Shown here: one piece after another, positions 20,068 to 30,147 of the stretch
Layout of the letters: every line of letters begins with the position of its first letter
How positions within the stretch are numbered: position 1 is the stretch's first letter
DNA from: Giardia intestinalis
Taxonomy: Eukaryota
Length of the DNA: 64,000 nt
Assembly: GCA_000002435.2 (NCBI GenBank)
Contig: CM018791.1
Strand: one strand, 5' to 3'
Program-made: the position numbers and the translations under genes
The notes under the pieces: generated by a model
Database searches by the model: none
What the model was told of the DNA's origin: nothing
The model's input: the letters and a program-made list of their open reading frames with translations, nothing else

Positions 20068-20859
20068 ATGACCCGAGACGAGGAGATGATGTTTACGCTT
20101 CGCACCGGGGCAATTCCCCAGCTTCCCAGTCCAGAAGTTGTTCCATCCACCACTGGGGCCGAGGAGTTACATCAGATGATCATCCTGAAGGAGTGGAAGC
20201 GGGTCTGGTATCTTGGCGGTCATGGGGGCGTGCTCATTGAGATAGCTACACCATACGACGACGTTCGCAGAGGTAAGATGAACTGTCTACACTATGCGGC
20301 TCTAACGGGATCTACTGAGGCTGTGCGCTTACTCATGCAATCTGCGGGTAGGAAGGCGGCAAAGATCTTTATTATCAATGGCCCCAAGTACCATAATCCA
20401 TCTGCCTTGATGTTGGCTGCAGCTGGGGGACACACAGAGGTTGTGCAGCTCCTTATGAACGCGGAAGCACGCATGACAGAGGATTGGGGTGGCAAGACTG
20501 CGCTCATGATTGCCGCTTGGAATGGACATTGCGATGCTGTGCTCCTTTTGGCCGATGCTGAAGCCCGAATGCAGGATAACGCTGGGATGACTGCTCTGAT
20601 GCTTTCGGTGTGGACGGAGATGCCGGGGTGCACCTCTGTCCTGGCTCCTCTAGAGGCCGGTCTGATGGATGCATCTGGTCATACTGCGCTGTGCCACGCG
20701 TGCATGCACGGCTCGGTTGACTGTGCTAGACTTCTTGCTCCTCACGAAGCGGGTCTCCGCCTTCCCAGTGGGCAAACAGTTGCAGAGGCTGCCCTCTCCA
20801 AGACTCCTAGCCAGTACAAAGATGCTGTTGCTAACGTTCTAGCATCGTTCTTGCAGTAG
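20068..20859 (+). CDS. Ankyrin-repeat protein of the Giardia 'protein 21.1' type.
   Basis: Tandem ANK repeats CLHYAALTGSTEAVRLLMQ / SALMLAAAGGHTEVVQLLMNAEARMTEDWGGKTALMIAAWNGHCDAVLLLADAEARMQDNAGMTALM. AT-rich initiator ccaaataaaaagccattATG. Confidence 0.8.
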   Translation: MTRDEEMMFTLRTGAIPQLPSPEVVPSTTGAEELHQMIILKEWKRVWYLGGHGGVLIEIATPYDDVRRGKMNCLHYAALTGSTEAVRLLMQSAGRKAAKIFIINGPKYHNPSALMLAAAGGHTEVVQLLMNAEARMTEDWGGKTALMIAAWNGHCDAVLLLADAEARMQDNAGMTALMLSVWTEMPGCTSVLAPLEAGLMDASGHTALCHACMHGSVDCARLLAPHEAGLRLPSGQTVAEAALSKTPSQYKDAVANVLASFLQ

Positions 20860-20912
20860 AGAACAATTGTTCCCTTCGTAGTGTGAATGCTTGCGCGCAA
20901 GCGCAGTAGATT

Positions 20913-21554
20913 ATGATTAATACTTTAGACATATTCCGCGGAAGTCAGTTTTCAAAAATAATGAGAGTCATTTGCATCGACGGGTGTCACGGCGTTGGCA
21001 AGACGGCTATCATTTCAGACATTGCGAAGCGAGGGTACCATGTGCTTGATGAGCTCTTCTTCGAGATGCCGAAGTTTCTAGTCCCTTCCCAGTCTCTCAC
21101 TGTAGAGTTTATTTGGATCTCAAACTGGTTCAAGCGCATTCTCGACATGCAGAAGTCCGGCATGGCGGATGACGCGGTCGTCTTTGCCGATAGATCACCC
21201 TTCTCTGCCGTTTTCTACTCGCGGGCATCTCCCGAGGACCGGCTGGCTCTAGAGCAGGTTATCCGCGGCATGATTGCAGAACTCTCCAAATACAACATTA
21301 CCATCCACACCGTAGGGCTGTTGGTCGAGCGCGAGGAGCTATGGAAGCGTGTCCAGCGGCGACTGGAGGCTGAGCCCTTCAGGCGGGAGTTCAACGAGGA
21401 TAAGCGCTGGTGGCTTGACCAAACTGCAGACTGGTACGAGAGTTTTAGATGGGATACTGTGATAGACAACAGCTCCCAGCGATCGTCCGTGACTGGCCTC
21501 TCGGCGTTGATCAGCCCGTTCATACGAGACGTATGCGGCATCAACTGGGACTAG
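20913..21554 (+). CDS. Deoxynucleoside kinase family P-loop kinase (dCK/dGK/TK2-like).
   Basis: N-terminal P-loop ICIDGCHGVGKT, DRS (ERS-type) motif FADRSPFSAVFY, and Arg-rich LID RVQRRLEAEPFRREF. Confidence 0.6.
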   Translation: MINTLDIFRGSQFSKIMRVICIDGCHGVGKTAIISDIAKRGYHVLDELFFEMPKFLVPSQSLTVEFIWISNWFKRILDMQKSGMADDAVVFADRSPFSAVFYSRASPEDRLALEQVIRGMIAELSKYNITIHTVGLLVEREELWKRVQRRLEAEPFRREFNEDKRWWLDQTADWYESFRWDTVIDNSSQRSSVTGLSALISPFIRDVCGINWD

Positions 21555-21595
21555 TTCCCCCAAGTGAATCCAGATCTCTGCCTTGTTGCTGGAGT

Positions 21596-22663
21596 TTACA
21601 CGTCAATGTAGTGGTTCCAGTTGAATCTGTCTGGGATCACCCCGTACTGTATGCCCTGGACAGTTTCATATAGTAGCTTGGTAACTTCGCCAACCTGATC
21701 GTCAGATTGCAGGAAGTCGATAACAGTGGAACCGCGGGTGATGGAAGCAATGGGCGTCACAACGACGGCCGTGCCTGTGGCTCCGCATTCTTGGAATGTC
21801 TTAACCTCTGTGAACGGGACCTCGCGCACATCAACCTTCCAGCCGAAGTACTGGGAAATAAGCTCGCGGAGAGTCTTGTTCGTGATCGAGGGCAAAATAG
21901 AAGGAGACTTAGGAGTAACGTAAGTGCACGAAACGATCTTGCCCGCCCCATCTCTCTGGATGTCCTTAATCCCAAAGAAGTTGCTGGTGGAGAACTCCTC
22001 AACAAACGTGTGCGTAGCAGCGTCGAGGTACAGCTGAATGGGGAAGCTCTTTTTCAGAGCAACGCTCTGGGCCTTAAGAGATGCGGCGTAGTTTCCGGCA
22101 CACTTCTTGCTGCCGACGCCATAGGGTGCTGCCCTGTCGAATTCGTCCATAACGATTGCGTTCACGCTCTTGAGGCCTCCCCGGTAATAAGGACCAACAG
22201 GCGCGACCATCATGAGGAACATGTATTCGGACGACGGTGCAACTCCAAGCTGGGCTCCGGTACCGATAACCAGGGGACGGACATAGAGGGAGCCCCCTGT
22301 ACCATATGGCGGGATATAGTCAACGTTATCCCTGACAACCATCGCAAGAGCATTGAGGAAGAGCTGCTCTGACGGGGACTCCATGCAGAGACCGTCGCAC
22401 GAGCTGATGAGCCTGCGGGCATTCTCAACTGGTCTGAAGGCAGCGACTCTGCCGTCAACAGTGCGGAAGACCTTGAGACCCTCGAAGACTGCCTGGCCGT
22501 AGTGAAGCGCAGAGGCCGCAATCGAAATATTGAATGTCGGCTCGTTTACCAGCTCAAGAGGGCTCCACTCGCCGTTTCTCCAGACACTGCGAACGTGGGA
22601 GCGCGTTTGCAGCCACGAAAACTTCAGCGCAGACCAGTCTATCGTGGAGGGATCGACAGCCAT
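21596..22663 (-). CDS. Branched-chain amino acid aminotransferase (class IV PLP fold).
   Basis: ALHYGQAVFEGLKVFR, SLYVRPLVIGTGAQLGV, GVGSKKCAGNYAASL and TGTAVVVTPI are characteristic BCAT blocks. Confidence 0.85.
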   Translation of the reverse strand: MAVDPSTIDWSALKFSWLQTRSHVRSVWRNGEWSPLELVNEPTFNISIAASALHYGQAVFEGLKVFRTVDGRVAAFRPVENARRLISSCDGLCMESPSEQLFLNALAMVVRDNVDYIPPYGTGGSLYVRPLVIGTGAQLGVAPSSEYMFLMMVAPVGPYYRGGLKSVNAIVMDEFDRAAPYGVGSKKCAGNYAASLKAQSVALKKSFPIQLYLDAATHTFVEEFSTSNFFGIKDIQRDGAGKIVSCTYVTPKSPSILPSITNKTLRELISQYFGWKVDVREVPFTEVKTFQECGATGTAVVVTPIASITRGSTVIDFLQSDDQVGEVTKLLYETVQGIQYGVIPDRFNWNHYIDV

Positions 22664-22970
22664 TTTTCATTCTCCTTTGCTTAAGAAAAATGCTGACCAT
22701 TTTAACGGACGGCCCCCAAGATTGCTACGTTAAAAGAATGGAGCCCCGGGCGTAGCCACAAAACTCATAGAATTTACAAAGCTGTAGGCCAAAAGAAGCT
22801 TGAAACCAAGTAACAAATGTAATTATTACCTACTAAAAGCAAGTTGCCACACATACTGTTATGTGCGCACCTATAGTCGCGAAACCTGCACCGCATTTTC
22901 GTGCCTCTGTGTCCTGAAACGTACGTAGCTCATAGCTCACGATAACTTTTAAATCCATAAGCTGCAAAAT

Positions 22971-25900
22971 ATGACAGTGCTACTGCCTCCGATCATCCTC
23001 ATTCCTGGGGTTGGTGGATCAAAATTGGACGCAGTAAATAAGAAGAATGACAAAGTAGAGCGGGTCTGGATCTCGAAAGATGTCCTGCCTGTGCCTCAGC
23101 TGGGGAAAAAATTTGTGCATTATCTGTGGGGCCGGCCGGATCCCGAGACGCAACTATACACCAGTTATACTGAAGAGTATGCCGAAACGCGAATAGTTGA
23201 TGGCCTAGAGGGATGCTGGAGGCTTCTCGACCATTGGGTTATAAACACAGTCGAGCAACTTTTTAAGAACACAACTCTTGGGAAGTACTTCGTCACAATT
23301 ATTGGACGACTTATGCAGGACTATGGGTACCAACCGAACAAGAATCTTTTCGGCTTTTCCTACGACTGGCGCCAGCCTTTGTATGCGGAGTGTATCAAAG
23401 GAGAGCTGCACAAACTGATTATTCGTGTACGTGAGCTTAACAATGGCATGCCTGTTAACATCATTGCCCATTCCCTTGGAGGACTGGTCGGCCGAACTTA
23501 CTGCCAACTAACGCCGGATTGGATGACACACATCAGGCGCTTTATTACCATCGCGACCCCTTTTGATGGCAGTAGTAGCATGACGCTGAACAGCTTCATC
23601 AATGGGTATGCGCTCGACGTCCCAGGCATGAAGCTTGTGGCAGCTAGAGGAATTCAGGCATCCTCTTCCGTGACCATTTACCTATCGAACTTGCCCCCTC
23701 AGTATGAAGGAAATGATGTATCTCATAATAGGCGTAAACCTTTGGCCTACCTTTCCAATGGCTTGCCATACTGTACTTATTACTACAACAGCTGCATATA
23801 TCTCAAGAAAGTACACAAAGGCCTTAAACGGGCTAAACCCACCCACTACCGCCAAAGAACCTATCTTGAGAAACCGCCGGGATACCCTATTGACGGCCAC
23901 GAGCCCCTACACTCGCTCCTCTTTAACCCCCTACCGGCTTCCCTTAATGAGGAAGGGCAGTACAAGTCGTCTCAGTTTGATACGGATACCTTAGTTCACG
24001 ACGCAGAGAAAGACTCCAGACTACCCTGTAGTCTCAGGTCGCATTCTACTTCTCCGATCTCGACTAAGAGAAGCTCTAAGGTACTCAGCTCGTATCGCCC
24101 CTCGTCCTCCGTAACCAAAGCAGGAATCCAGCACAGGCGAATGCACTCTGACACCGTAGAGAAGCTCAAGATCACCCACCAAGAATTGACGCCCAAGCGC
24201 TACTCTGAGATCGTGCAATCAGGATTCGATGACACTGAGGATAAATCCTATCAAGCCAAGCTCTCTATAGGGCGAGCAATCCACTCTCGGAATGGATCTT
24301 TTATCACGCTAAAACAAAACCTTGATGTTCCAGAGCAGACCCCGAGCCACAGAAGGTCAGGCTCTTCAGCGTCGTCCGTTAGCCCAGGACCTAGTCACAT
24401 TGTGAATTATCACGAGCACAGCCATCGAGCAGTATCGCAAAGACAGTCGCGGATGCTTAATTTATCAAATATCTATATCACATTGGACTTTTCCAGATAT
24501 GGAAACAACGTCCCTGATATAGGTGCCATTCTATTGGGTCGATTCTTGAGCGACCCTACTCTTATTGCCAACGATAAGAAAAAGGAAGTGTATCAGCTCC
24601 TTATGAAGAACATAGAACGCAAGGTAATTGTCAAGACAGTAGGCATTAAGAAGCCGCGTGCAAGTGGGAAGAGTCTAGACACCCTGCTTGTACCGAACTA
24701 TAAGAGCAAGAAGTCGATGGCCGCTATTGAGGAGATTGTGAACACGAAGGGTACATGGAGATGGGAAGCCTACTCAATGTGGCCGCACCTAGGACGGACA
24801 AATGCGACGAGCATGGCCGCACATCCTTATTTTACGTTTAACAGCGTTGGATTCCCAGTGTTGAGGGAGGATTGCCCCTACCGCAATGAAGTCATCTCTG
24901 GAGTCATGCCCCACGGAAGCTCTTTCTCGCAGAACAGGGACCTGTATCTGATCGCGTCTGCCCAGGCCATATACATATCCACGAGGCACCTGACCGAGCC
25001 TCTGTACAGGATGGTCCTCGTTGGAGACGAGGAAAAGATGGTTAAAGGAAAGCAGTTAAACCTAGAATATGTCCCTCCGGACGATCTACATCTAATCACT
25101 GACACGACCATCTACAAGGCAGATGCCAGCGGTGTGTATAGCGCGCAAAACAAGGTCGCCGACAAGACAGACTCAAGTAACCGCGAAAAGACTTTGAAGA
25201 AAGGCATCAAGAAGCACTCCCATGGCAAGAAGATGCGCACTGTTGTGTGCCAAACCCCTGCTCCGTGGGTTTTTCTGCTGGACATTCTTGAGCAACCCTT
25301 GTACAATTTGCTGCGGCAGGTAACCAAGGTGGGAACCCTAGAGGCATATCTCTTTCAGCCATTCAAAGAATACTGGAAGTCAGTTGCTCGGGCCAGAGTG
25401 AAGGCGCTTGAGTACAATCTCCAAGAAGACATCGGATCATCTCAGATAATGACCAGGAGCGAGTCCGTCTTTCCTATGTTCACCAGTGTCTCCCTCCAGG
25501 ACCATAGTGCTCTCGAGCGATCACTGACAGCCAGCATACCCAGCAATGCCCTCACGGGGGATGCAGCCTATAAGTTGGACCTTGTACCAGAGGCGCCAAA
25601 CGGGGGCCTCACCAATGCACCAAGTCCCGAATCAACCACTCTGAGTATTCCTAGAAGGCCTAAGCAAGCTTCTCCAGTTCGGCCAGAAAAGTATCTCCGG
25701 AAAAGAAACGGCGACCCTCGGTGCATCCCCAAGGAGCTCATCGCCCAGTACCCCATCCTGTCCTCGATGAAGCCATGCACAACGGACGACTTTAGATTTA
25801 TCAGCATAAATGGGGGAAATGTGCCTACACCCATACACACGATCTATCCCAAGCCGATAAGCACATACGACGAGCTCCAGAGCCAGCTTCCTGTCTTCAT

Positions 25901-26147
25901 AATGGGCAGAGGAGACGGGACGGTCCTTCTCTCGGGAGCGCTGAGCGACAACTTTGACGACGCGCTCGTCCACGACAGAGTGGTGATCCCGGATGCCACG
26001 CACGGCGGGCTGCTCCACGACGAGGCCGTCTTCTACCTGATCTACATGGGGCTCGGGCTCCCCCTGCAGCTCCCGCACACCCACGGCGAGCCGGAGCCGG
26101 AAGAGCGGGGCGCCGGGCCGGCGAACGGCCGAGCAGAGGTTGAGTGA
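22971..26147 (+). CDS. LCAT/PDAT-family phospholipid acyltransferase or phospholipase, with a very large internal or C-terminal extension.
   Basis: IILIPGVGGSKLDA, FGFSYDWRQ, and nucleophile elbow AHSLGG. The Asp/His triad motifs MGRGDGTVLL and ATHGGLLHDE sit ~800 aa downstream, near the C-terminus. Confidence 0.8.
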   Translation: MTVLLPPIILIPGVGGSKLDAVNKKNDKVERVWISKDVLPVPQLGKKFVHYLWGRPDPETQLYTSYTEEYAETRIVDGLEGCWRLLDHWVINTVEQLFKNTTLGKYFVTIIGRLMQDYGYQPNKNLFGFSYDWRQPLYAECIKGELHKLIIRVRELNNGMPVNIIAHSLGGLVGRTYCQLTPDWMTHIRRFITIATPFDGSSSMTLNSFINGYALDVPGMKLVAARGIQASSSVTIYLSNLPPQYEGNDVSHNRRKPLAYLSNGLPYCTYYYNSCIYLKKVHKGLKRAKPTHYRQRTYLEKPPGYPIDGHEPLHSLLFNPLPASLNEEGQYKSSQFDTDTLVHDAEKDSRLPCSLRSHSTSPISTKRSSKVLSSYRPSSSVTKAGIQHRRMHSDTVEKLKITHQELTPKRYSEIVQSGFDDTEDKSYQAKLSIGRAIHSRNGSFITLKQNLDVPEQTPSHRRSGSSASSVSPGPSHIVNYHEHSHRAVSQRQSRMLNLSNIYITLDFSRYGNNVPDIGAILLGRFLSDPTLIANDKKKEVYQLLMKNIERKVIVKTVGIKKPRASGKSLDTLLVPNYKSKKSMAAIEEIVNTKGTWRWEAYSMWPHLGRTNATSMAAHPYFTFNSVGFPVLREDCPYRNEVISGVMPHGSSFSQNRDLYLIASAQAIYISTRHLTEPLYRMVLVGDEEKMVKGKQLNLEYVPPDDLHLITDTTIYKADASGVYSAQNKVADKTDSSNREKTLKKGIKKHSHGKKMRTVVCQTPAPWVFLLDILEQPLYNLLRQVTKVGTLEAYLFQPFKEYWKSVARARVKALEYNLQEDIGSSQIMTRSESVFPMFTSVSLQDHSALERSLTASIPSNALTGDAAYKLDLVPEAPNGGLTNAPSPESTTLSIPRRPKQASPVRPEKYLRKRNGDPRCIPKELIAQYPILSSMKPCTTDDFRFISINGGNVPTPIHTIYPKPISTYDELQSQLPVFIMGRGDGTVLLSGALSDNFDDALVHDRVVIPDATHGGLLHDEAVFYLIYMGLGLPLQLPHTHGEPEPEERGAGPANGRAEVE

Positions 26148-26291
26148 AGGGATCCTACGTGATGGCTTCGTCGTCATGACCGCCTCCGCCAGGACAGCTA
26201 TTCGTCATCGGGTTGGGGTTCTTTTTCTCGGGGGATCAAAATTCAAATTAAAATACATTTAATGTGATTTATTCTGGATGCTAAGAAGAGA

Positions 26292-27854
26292 CTAAGAAGA
26301 AGAGGTGCTGGATATATCGATCGCGTCCTCGCCAAGGTCCTCCTCAAAGTCGACCTCGTTCATGTTCACTGAGTGAAAGCTATAGTCATTTGGTGTGGAA
26401 GACGCCCGCGTAACTATCAGAGCTTCTAATTGTGCGGCCCAGTCCTGGGCTGCGGTGTCACTCTTGGCATCGTACCACTCCTTACACTTTTCTCTAGTGT
26501 GCATTGAAGTAAAGTCGACCTCGACAAGAAAGCTGAGGATGCTCCCGCTGTGGTTGCGGAGGAGGTAGAAGTAAGCCAGTTCGAAGGATGATCTAATGTA
26601 CTTGTATCTAGTCACCCCGCCCGCGCAGTCGCTGGTTGGATCATGAGAGTTCAATATGCTTAGAAAGGGGGCGGACCCCCCTTTAATGCTCTGGTGATAG
26701 TAGCCGGACGTCCTCCGAGATGAAACAAAGGACTCGTTCCCCCGAGGATTGGTGTATATGGTCAAGTCTTCTGCGTTGTAAATAGTCCCAAACAGCTCGA
26801 AAAACTCTATGAGAGACGCGGCGTGGAACCTATTGGTCAGAAGTTCGAACTCCATGGATGTCTGGCCTTGATCCTTCTTCCTTACATGCGTCCGCTTCTC
26901 TCTAATTAGCAAGTTTGAGTTGGATTCGTCCATGCTACTTATGGCGGGCTGATCGGGGTCTACTTCACCTGACTCCAGTAGAGCGAGGTTTTCGCCGGTT
27001 ATGGAATATGGGAACACGTTGTGTCTCTCTGAGATATACACGACTATAAGCTGCAAGAGAATATAGGAGCTCATTCCACCAGTATAGGGTTGATTTAAGC
27101 CTCGCTTCTTAAGGAATGACTTGACCACCATGATAAGGATGCGCGCCAAGGGGTGCTTTTCTATATATCCTAGTATAGTTTCCCTATGGGCCGCGCCATG
27201 AGGGGAGTTAAACGATATGTCATACTCCAAAGACAGCTCACTGTGGACACCCTTAATTATAGGCACCCGTGCATGACTTCTCACATCAACATAGTTGGTT
27301 GAGATGGAGCGCCGCAAGAGAGTTGCGATGTCATGCATATGGCACTGCATCATAGCAGCACTATTCACAGGCACGTTAACACAGATGTCCAAGTCGGAAG
27401 AATAGCTGGACATACCCGTCGAGTAACTTCCGAACACATCGACGGTGGCATCTGGAAGTACAAGCTGAATTATATCTCTCAGCTGGCCAAGGACATACTC
27501 CCTTGCAGCCTTTTCTGCCTCTGTCAGTGTGCAGTATGCAACGTACTGGAGAATCTCCAGGTTGAGCCTGGTCAAGTAGGGAAGATTGGCCAGCTTCAGC
27601 AACTGCTCTTGAGGAAGCCATGGAACATCAACCCCATCAACCCCGTCCTTGAGCTTAGCGACAGACGGGGCGGTCTTCTTTTGCCCCCGTGGGAGGGACC
27701 GCAAGTTTATCTGTTGTATGTGCTGTTTCTTAAGCCCTGGCTCTGCATGCTCTGAAGCCTCGAATATGATATCCTCAAACTCTATGTTTGCCGCGGCACG
27801 CTCTTCCGGGGCCTTTCCGCGGGCTTCACTGATGACTTTAAGCAGATCATTCAT
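26292..27854 (-). CDS. Non-canonical poly(A) polymerase or terminal uridylyltransferase (Cid1/Trf4/Gld2-type nucleotidyltransferase with PAP-associated domain).
   Basis: Pol-beta NTase motif VFGSYSTGMSSYSSDLDICV, with a downstream PAP/25A-associated-like GGMSSYILLQLIVVYI. Confidence 0.75.
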   Translation of the reverse strand: MNDLLKVISEARGKAPEERAAANIEFEDIIFEASEHAEPGLKKQHIQQINLRSLPRGQKKTAPSVAKLKDGVDGVDVPWLPQEQLLKLANLPYLTRLNLEILQYVAYCTLTEAEKAAREYVLGQLRDIIQLVLPDATVDVFGSYSTGMSSYSSDLDICVNVPVNSAAMMQCHMHDIATLLRRSISTNYVDVRSHARVPIIKGVHSELSLEYDISFNSPHGAAHRETILGYIEKHPLARILIMVVKSFLKKRGLNQPYTGGMSSYILLQLIVVYISERHNVFPYSITGENLALLESGEVDPDQPAISSMDESNSNLLIREKRTHVRKKDQGQTSMEFELLTNRFHAASLIEFFELFGTIYNAEDLTIYTNPRGNESFVSSRRTSGYYHQSIKGGSAPFLSILNSHDPTSDCAGGVTRYKYIRSSFELAYFYLLRNHSGSILSFLVEVDFTSMHTREKCKEWYDAKSDTAAQDWAAQLEALIVTRASSTPNDYSFHSVNMNEVDFEEDLGEDAIDISSTSSS

Positions 27855-27974
27855 CCGGGATTTCGCCTTGCCAGACGTGCAAATAAATCACTTGGAATTT
27901 AATATATTTTGTCCATTTTGCAGTTACCTATACGCAAAATAGTACACTAAACGCTTTTAAAAGGCTGTAGGCGC

Positions 27975-29927
27975 ATGGGCGGAGAAACCTTCGAAGATCA
28001 GTTTGAACCCATAGAGTTATTGGGCAGTGGTTCTTTTGGGAAGGTGCACAAGGTCCGCTCGCGCAAGGATGGACGTATCTACGCCTGCAAGGAGATAGAG
28101 TACACCAAGATGAGCTCCAAGGAGGTATCCCTTCTCCAGTCCGAGGTTATTAATCTTCGACGCATGAGCCACCCACACATTATCGCCTATTACTCCACGA
28201 TTCACGATCAGGATGCGTCCGTGGTCTTCATCATCAATGAGTACTGTGGGAAAGGCGATCTGACAAAATACATTCGGACTTATCGCCAGAAGAAGGAGAA
28301 CATTCCTGAGGCCACTATATGGAGTATGTTCCATCAGATGGCCCTTGCCTTGGAGTATTGCCACTCTCCGAACAAACCTGGTTTCAAGCCAGGGGAGATT
28401 GTCATTCACAGGGACATCAAGCCTGCAAACGTCCTCATCACAGATGACGACCAGCTGAAGCTGGCAGACTTTGGTTTTTGCCGCACGATTGGGCTTGACA
28501 CCATGGCACAGACCAAGGCAGGTTCTCCTGTTTACTGTGCGCCGGAGGTACTGCGCGAGGAGGACTACAACGAGAAGGCAGACATATGGTCTCTCGGCTG
28601 TGTCATCTATGAGCTCTGCTGCGTCGAATACGCGTACAGCAGCATCAATGAGAAGTTTCTATTGATATCTATGATGCAGCAGAAGCGAAAACCCATTCCT
28701 TCTTGCTACAGCCGTGACTTGGCGGAGGTGATTGAGCGGATGCTGCAGGTTGATTTCAAGAAGCGTCCGAGTGCCACAGAGCTCCTAGCCCATCCCAAAT
28801 TCAAAGAGTATAACCTTACCCGAGCCAGTAACAAGAGTCCTGCCCTTGCTGCTGCTCGCATCTCTGGGCCTTCTAGCAAGCCCCCGGCCTCTGGCAACAC
28901 TCCTTCCCAGACACCTCAACCGGGTACTGCTGCTGCCAAGAATGCTGCGTCCCTCGGTCGTGTTTCTGGCTCACCGGAGCGGGCACTCCCAGCGTCAACA
29001 GGACAGTATGGCTCCAATCTAGTTGCACCGCCCTCGCGCGGAGCTATCGCTACCACACCTACCGTTCCTACCAATGCCAGCAAGGGCGCCCCTAAGGATT
29101 CTGGACAGCTTCATGACGTGATTGTGAGACAGAAGAAGGAGATTGATGAGCTAAAAGCGAGAGTGTCGTCAGGGTCGACGTCCCATGGTATTTCCGAGAA
29201 CGCCAGGAACACAATAGTCAAGGCAAGTGATGAGATTAAGAAGAAGGACGACGAGATTATTCGCTTGTCCGACACTGTCTTTAATAAGGAGGAGGAGAAT
29301 GCCGCTCTGCGCCGCGAAATAGCTGCCTACGAGAAGTTCACAACTACCGTTCTGATGCCCAGACCGGGCGAGAACCCACTCGCCGATGGTGTGACAAGGC
29401 TTATGCTTGCTGCGCAGAAGGGCCTTACTGCGGTTGTACAGCACCTTCTTTCTCAGGAAATTGGGCTTCGAAGTGCCTCTGGGAAGACTGCCCTCATGTA
29501 TGCTGCTGAGAATGGACAGAACGCGTGTGTCCGTCTGCTAATGGACAAAGAAGGAGGGATGCAAGACAACAAGGGGACCACTGCCCTTATGCGTGCAAGC
29601 ATTGGCGGACGCTTTGAGACGTGCAAGATTCTCTTCGCTAGGGAGTCCGGCATGCAGTCTCAGGAAGGCGATACGGCGCTGACCTACGCCACGATACGTG
29701 GGAACACAGAGATTATACGACTGCTTGCTCCGCGCGAGGCAGGCCTCCAGTTGAAGGACGGAAAGACAGCCCTTATGAGTGCAGCGTCTCGTGGCTTCCT
29801 GGAGGCGGTCAAGATACTCTACGATCGGGAAGGGAAACTCGTTGATAAGAATGGGCGCGACGCTCTCTACTACGCCCAGCAGAAAAATCTAGGAGATATA
29901 ATCGCCTTCTTGCAGTCTAAGAGGTAG
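27975..29927 (+). CDS. NEK-family Ser/Thr kinase, predicted active, with coiled-coil and C-terminal ankyrin repeats.
   Basis: LGSGSFGKV, YACKEI, HRDIKPANVL, DFG, CAPEV and DIWSLGCVIYEL. The C-terminal repeats TALMYAAENGQNACVRLLMDKEGGMQDNKGTTALMRAS are 21.1-type ANK. Confidence 0.9.
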   Translation: MGGETFEDQFEPIELLGSGSFGKVHKVRSRKDGRIYACKEIEYTKMSSKEVSLLQSEVINLRRMSHPHIIAYYSTIHDQDASVVFIINEYCGKGDLTKYIRTYRQKKENIPEATIWSMFHQMALALEYCHSPNKPGFKPGEIVIHRDIKPANVLITDDDQLKLADFGFCRTIGLDTMAQTKAGSPVYCAPEVLREEDYNEKADIWSLGCVIYELCCVEYAYSSINEKFLLISMMQQKRKPIPSCYSRDLAEVIERMLQVDFKKRPSATELLAHPKFKEYNLTRASNKSPALAAARISGPSSKPPASGNTPSQTPQPGTAAAKNAASLGRVSGSPERALPASTGQYGSNLVAPPSRGAIATTPTVPTNASKGAPKDSGQLHDVIVRQKKEIDELKARVSSGSTSHGISENARNTIVKASDEIKKKDDEIIRLSDTVFNKEEENAALRREIAAYEKFTTTVLMPRPGENPLADGVTRLMLAAQKGLTAVVQHLLSQEIGLRSASGKTALMYAAENGQNACVRLLMDKEGGMQDNKGTTALMRASIGGRFETCKILFARESGMQSQEGDTALTYATIRGNTEIIRLLAPREAGLQLKDGKTALMSAASRGFLEAVKILYDREGKLVDKNGRDALYYAQQKNLGDIIAFLQSKR

Positions 29928-29943
29928 CTGGAGAGATGGTCTG

Positions 29944-29950
29944 AGTAAAT
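29944..29950 (+). promoter_or_regulatory. Giardia-type polyadenylation signal AGTAAAT (AGTRAAY), 17 nt after the NEK stop.
   Basis: Exact AGTAAAT at 29944-29950. The stop TAG is at 29925-29927. Confidence 0.55.
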
Positions 29951-30147
29951 ACTTGACTTCATTTGGGGTCTTTGCGTATAGTTTGGACTCGATTTTAGCC
30001 GGTCTTAGACATAGAGTTTGTCCAGACTCACGGGGCATCATTTCCGGTGTCCCAATGAGCAAAATGGGTCCATTAGAGGACCGTCTGTTACACGCCGTTG
30101 AAACCGAAATTCTCTCGGCTTTCAAAAAATTATAGACTAAAGGTAAC

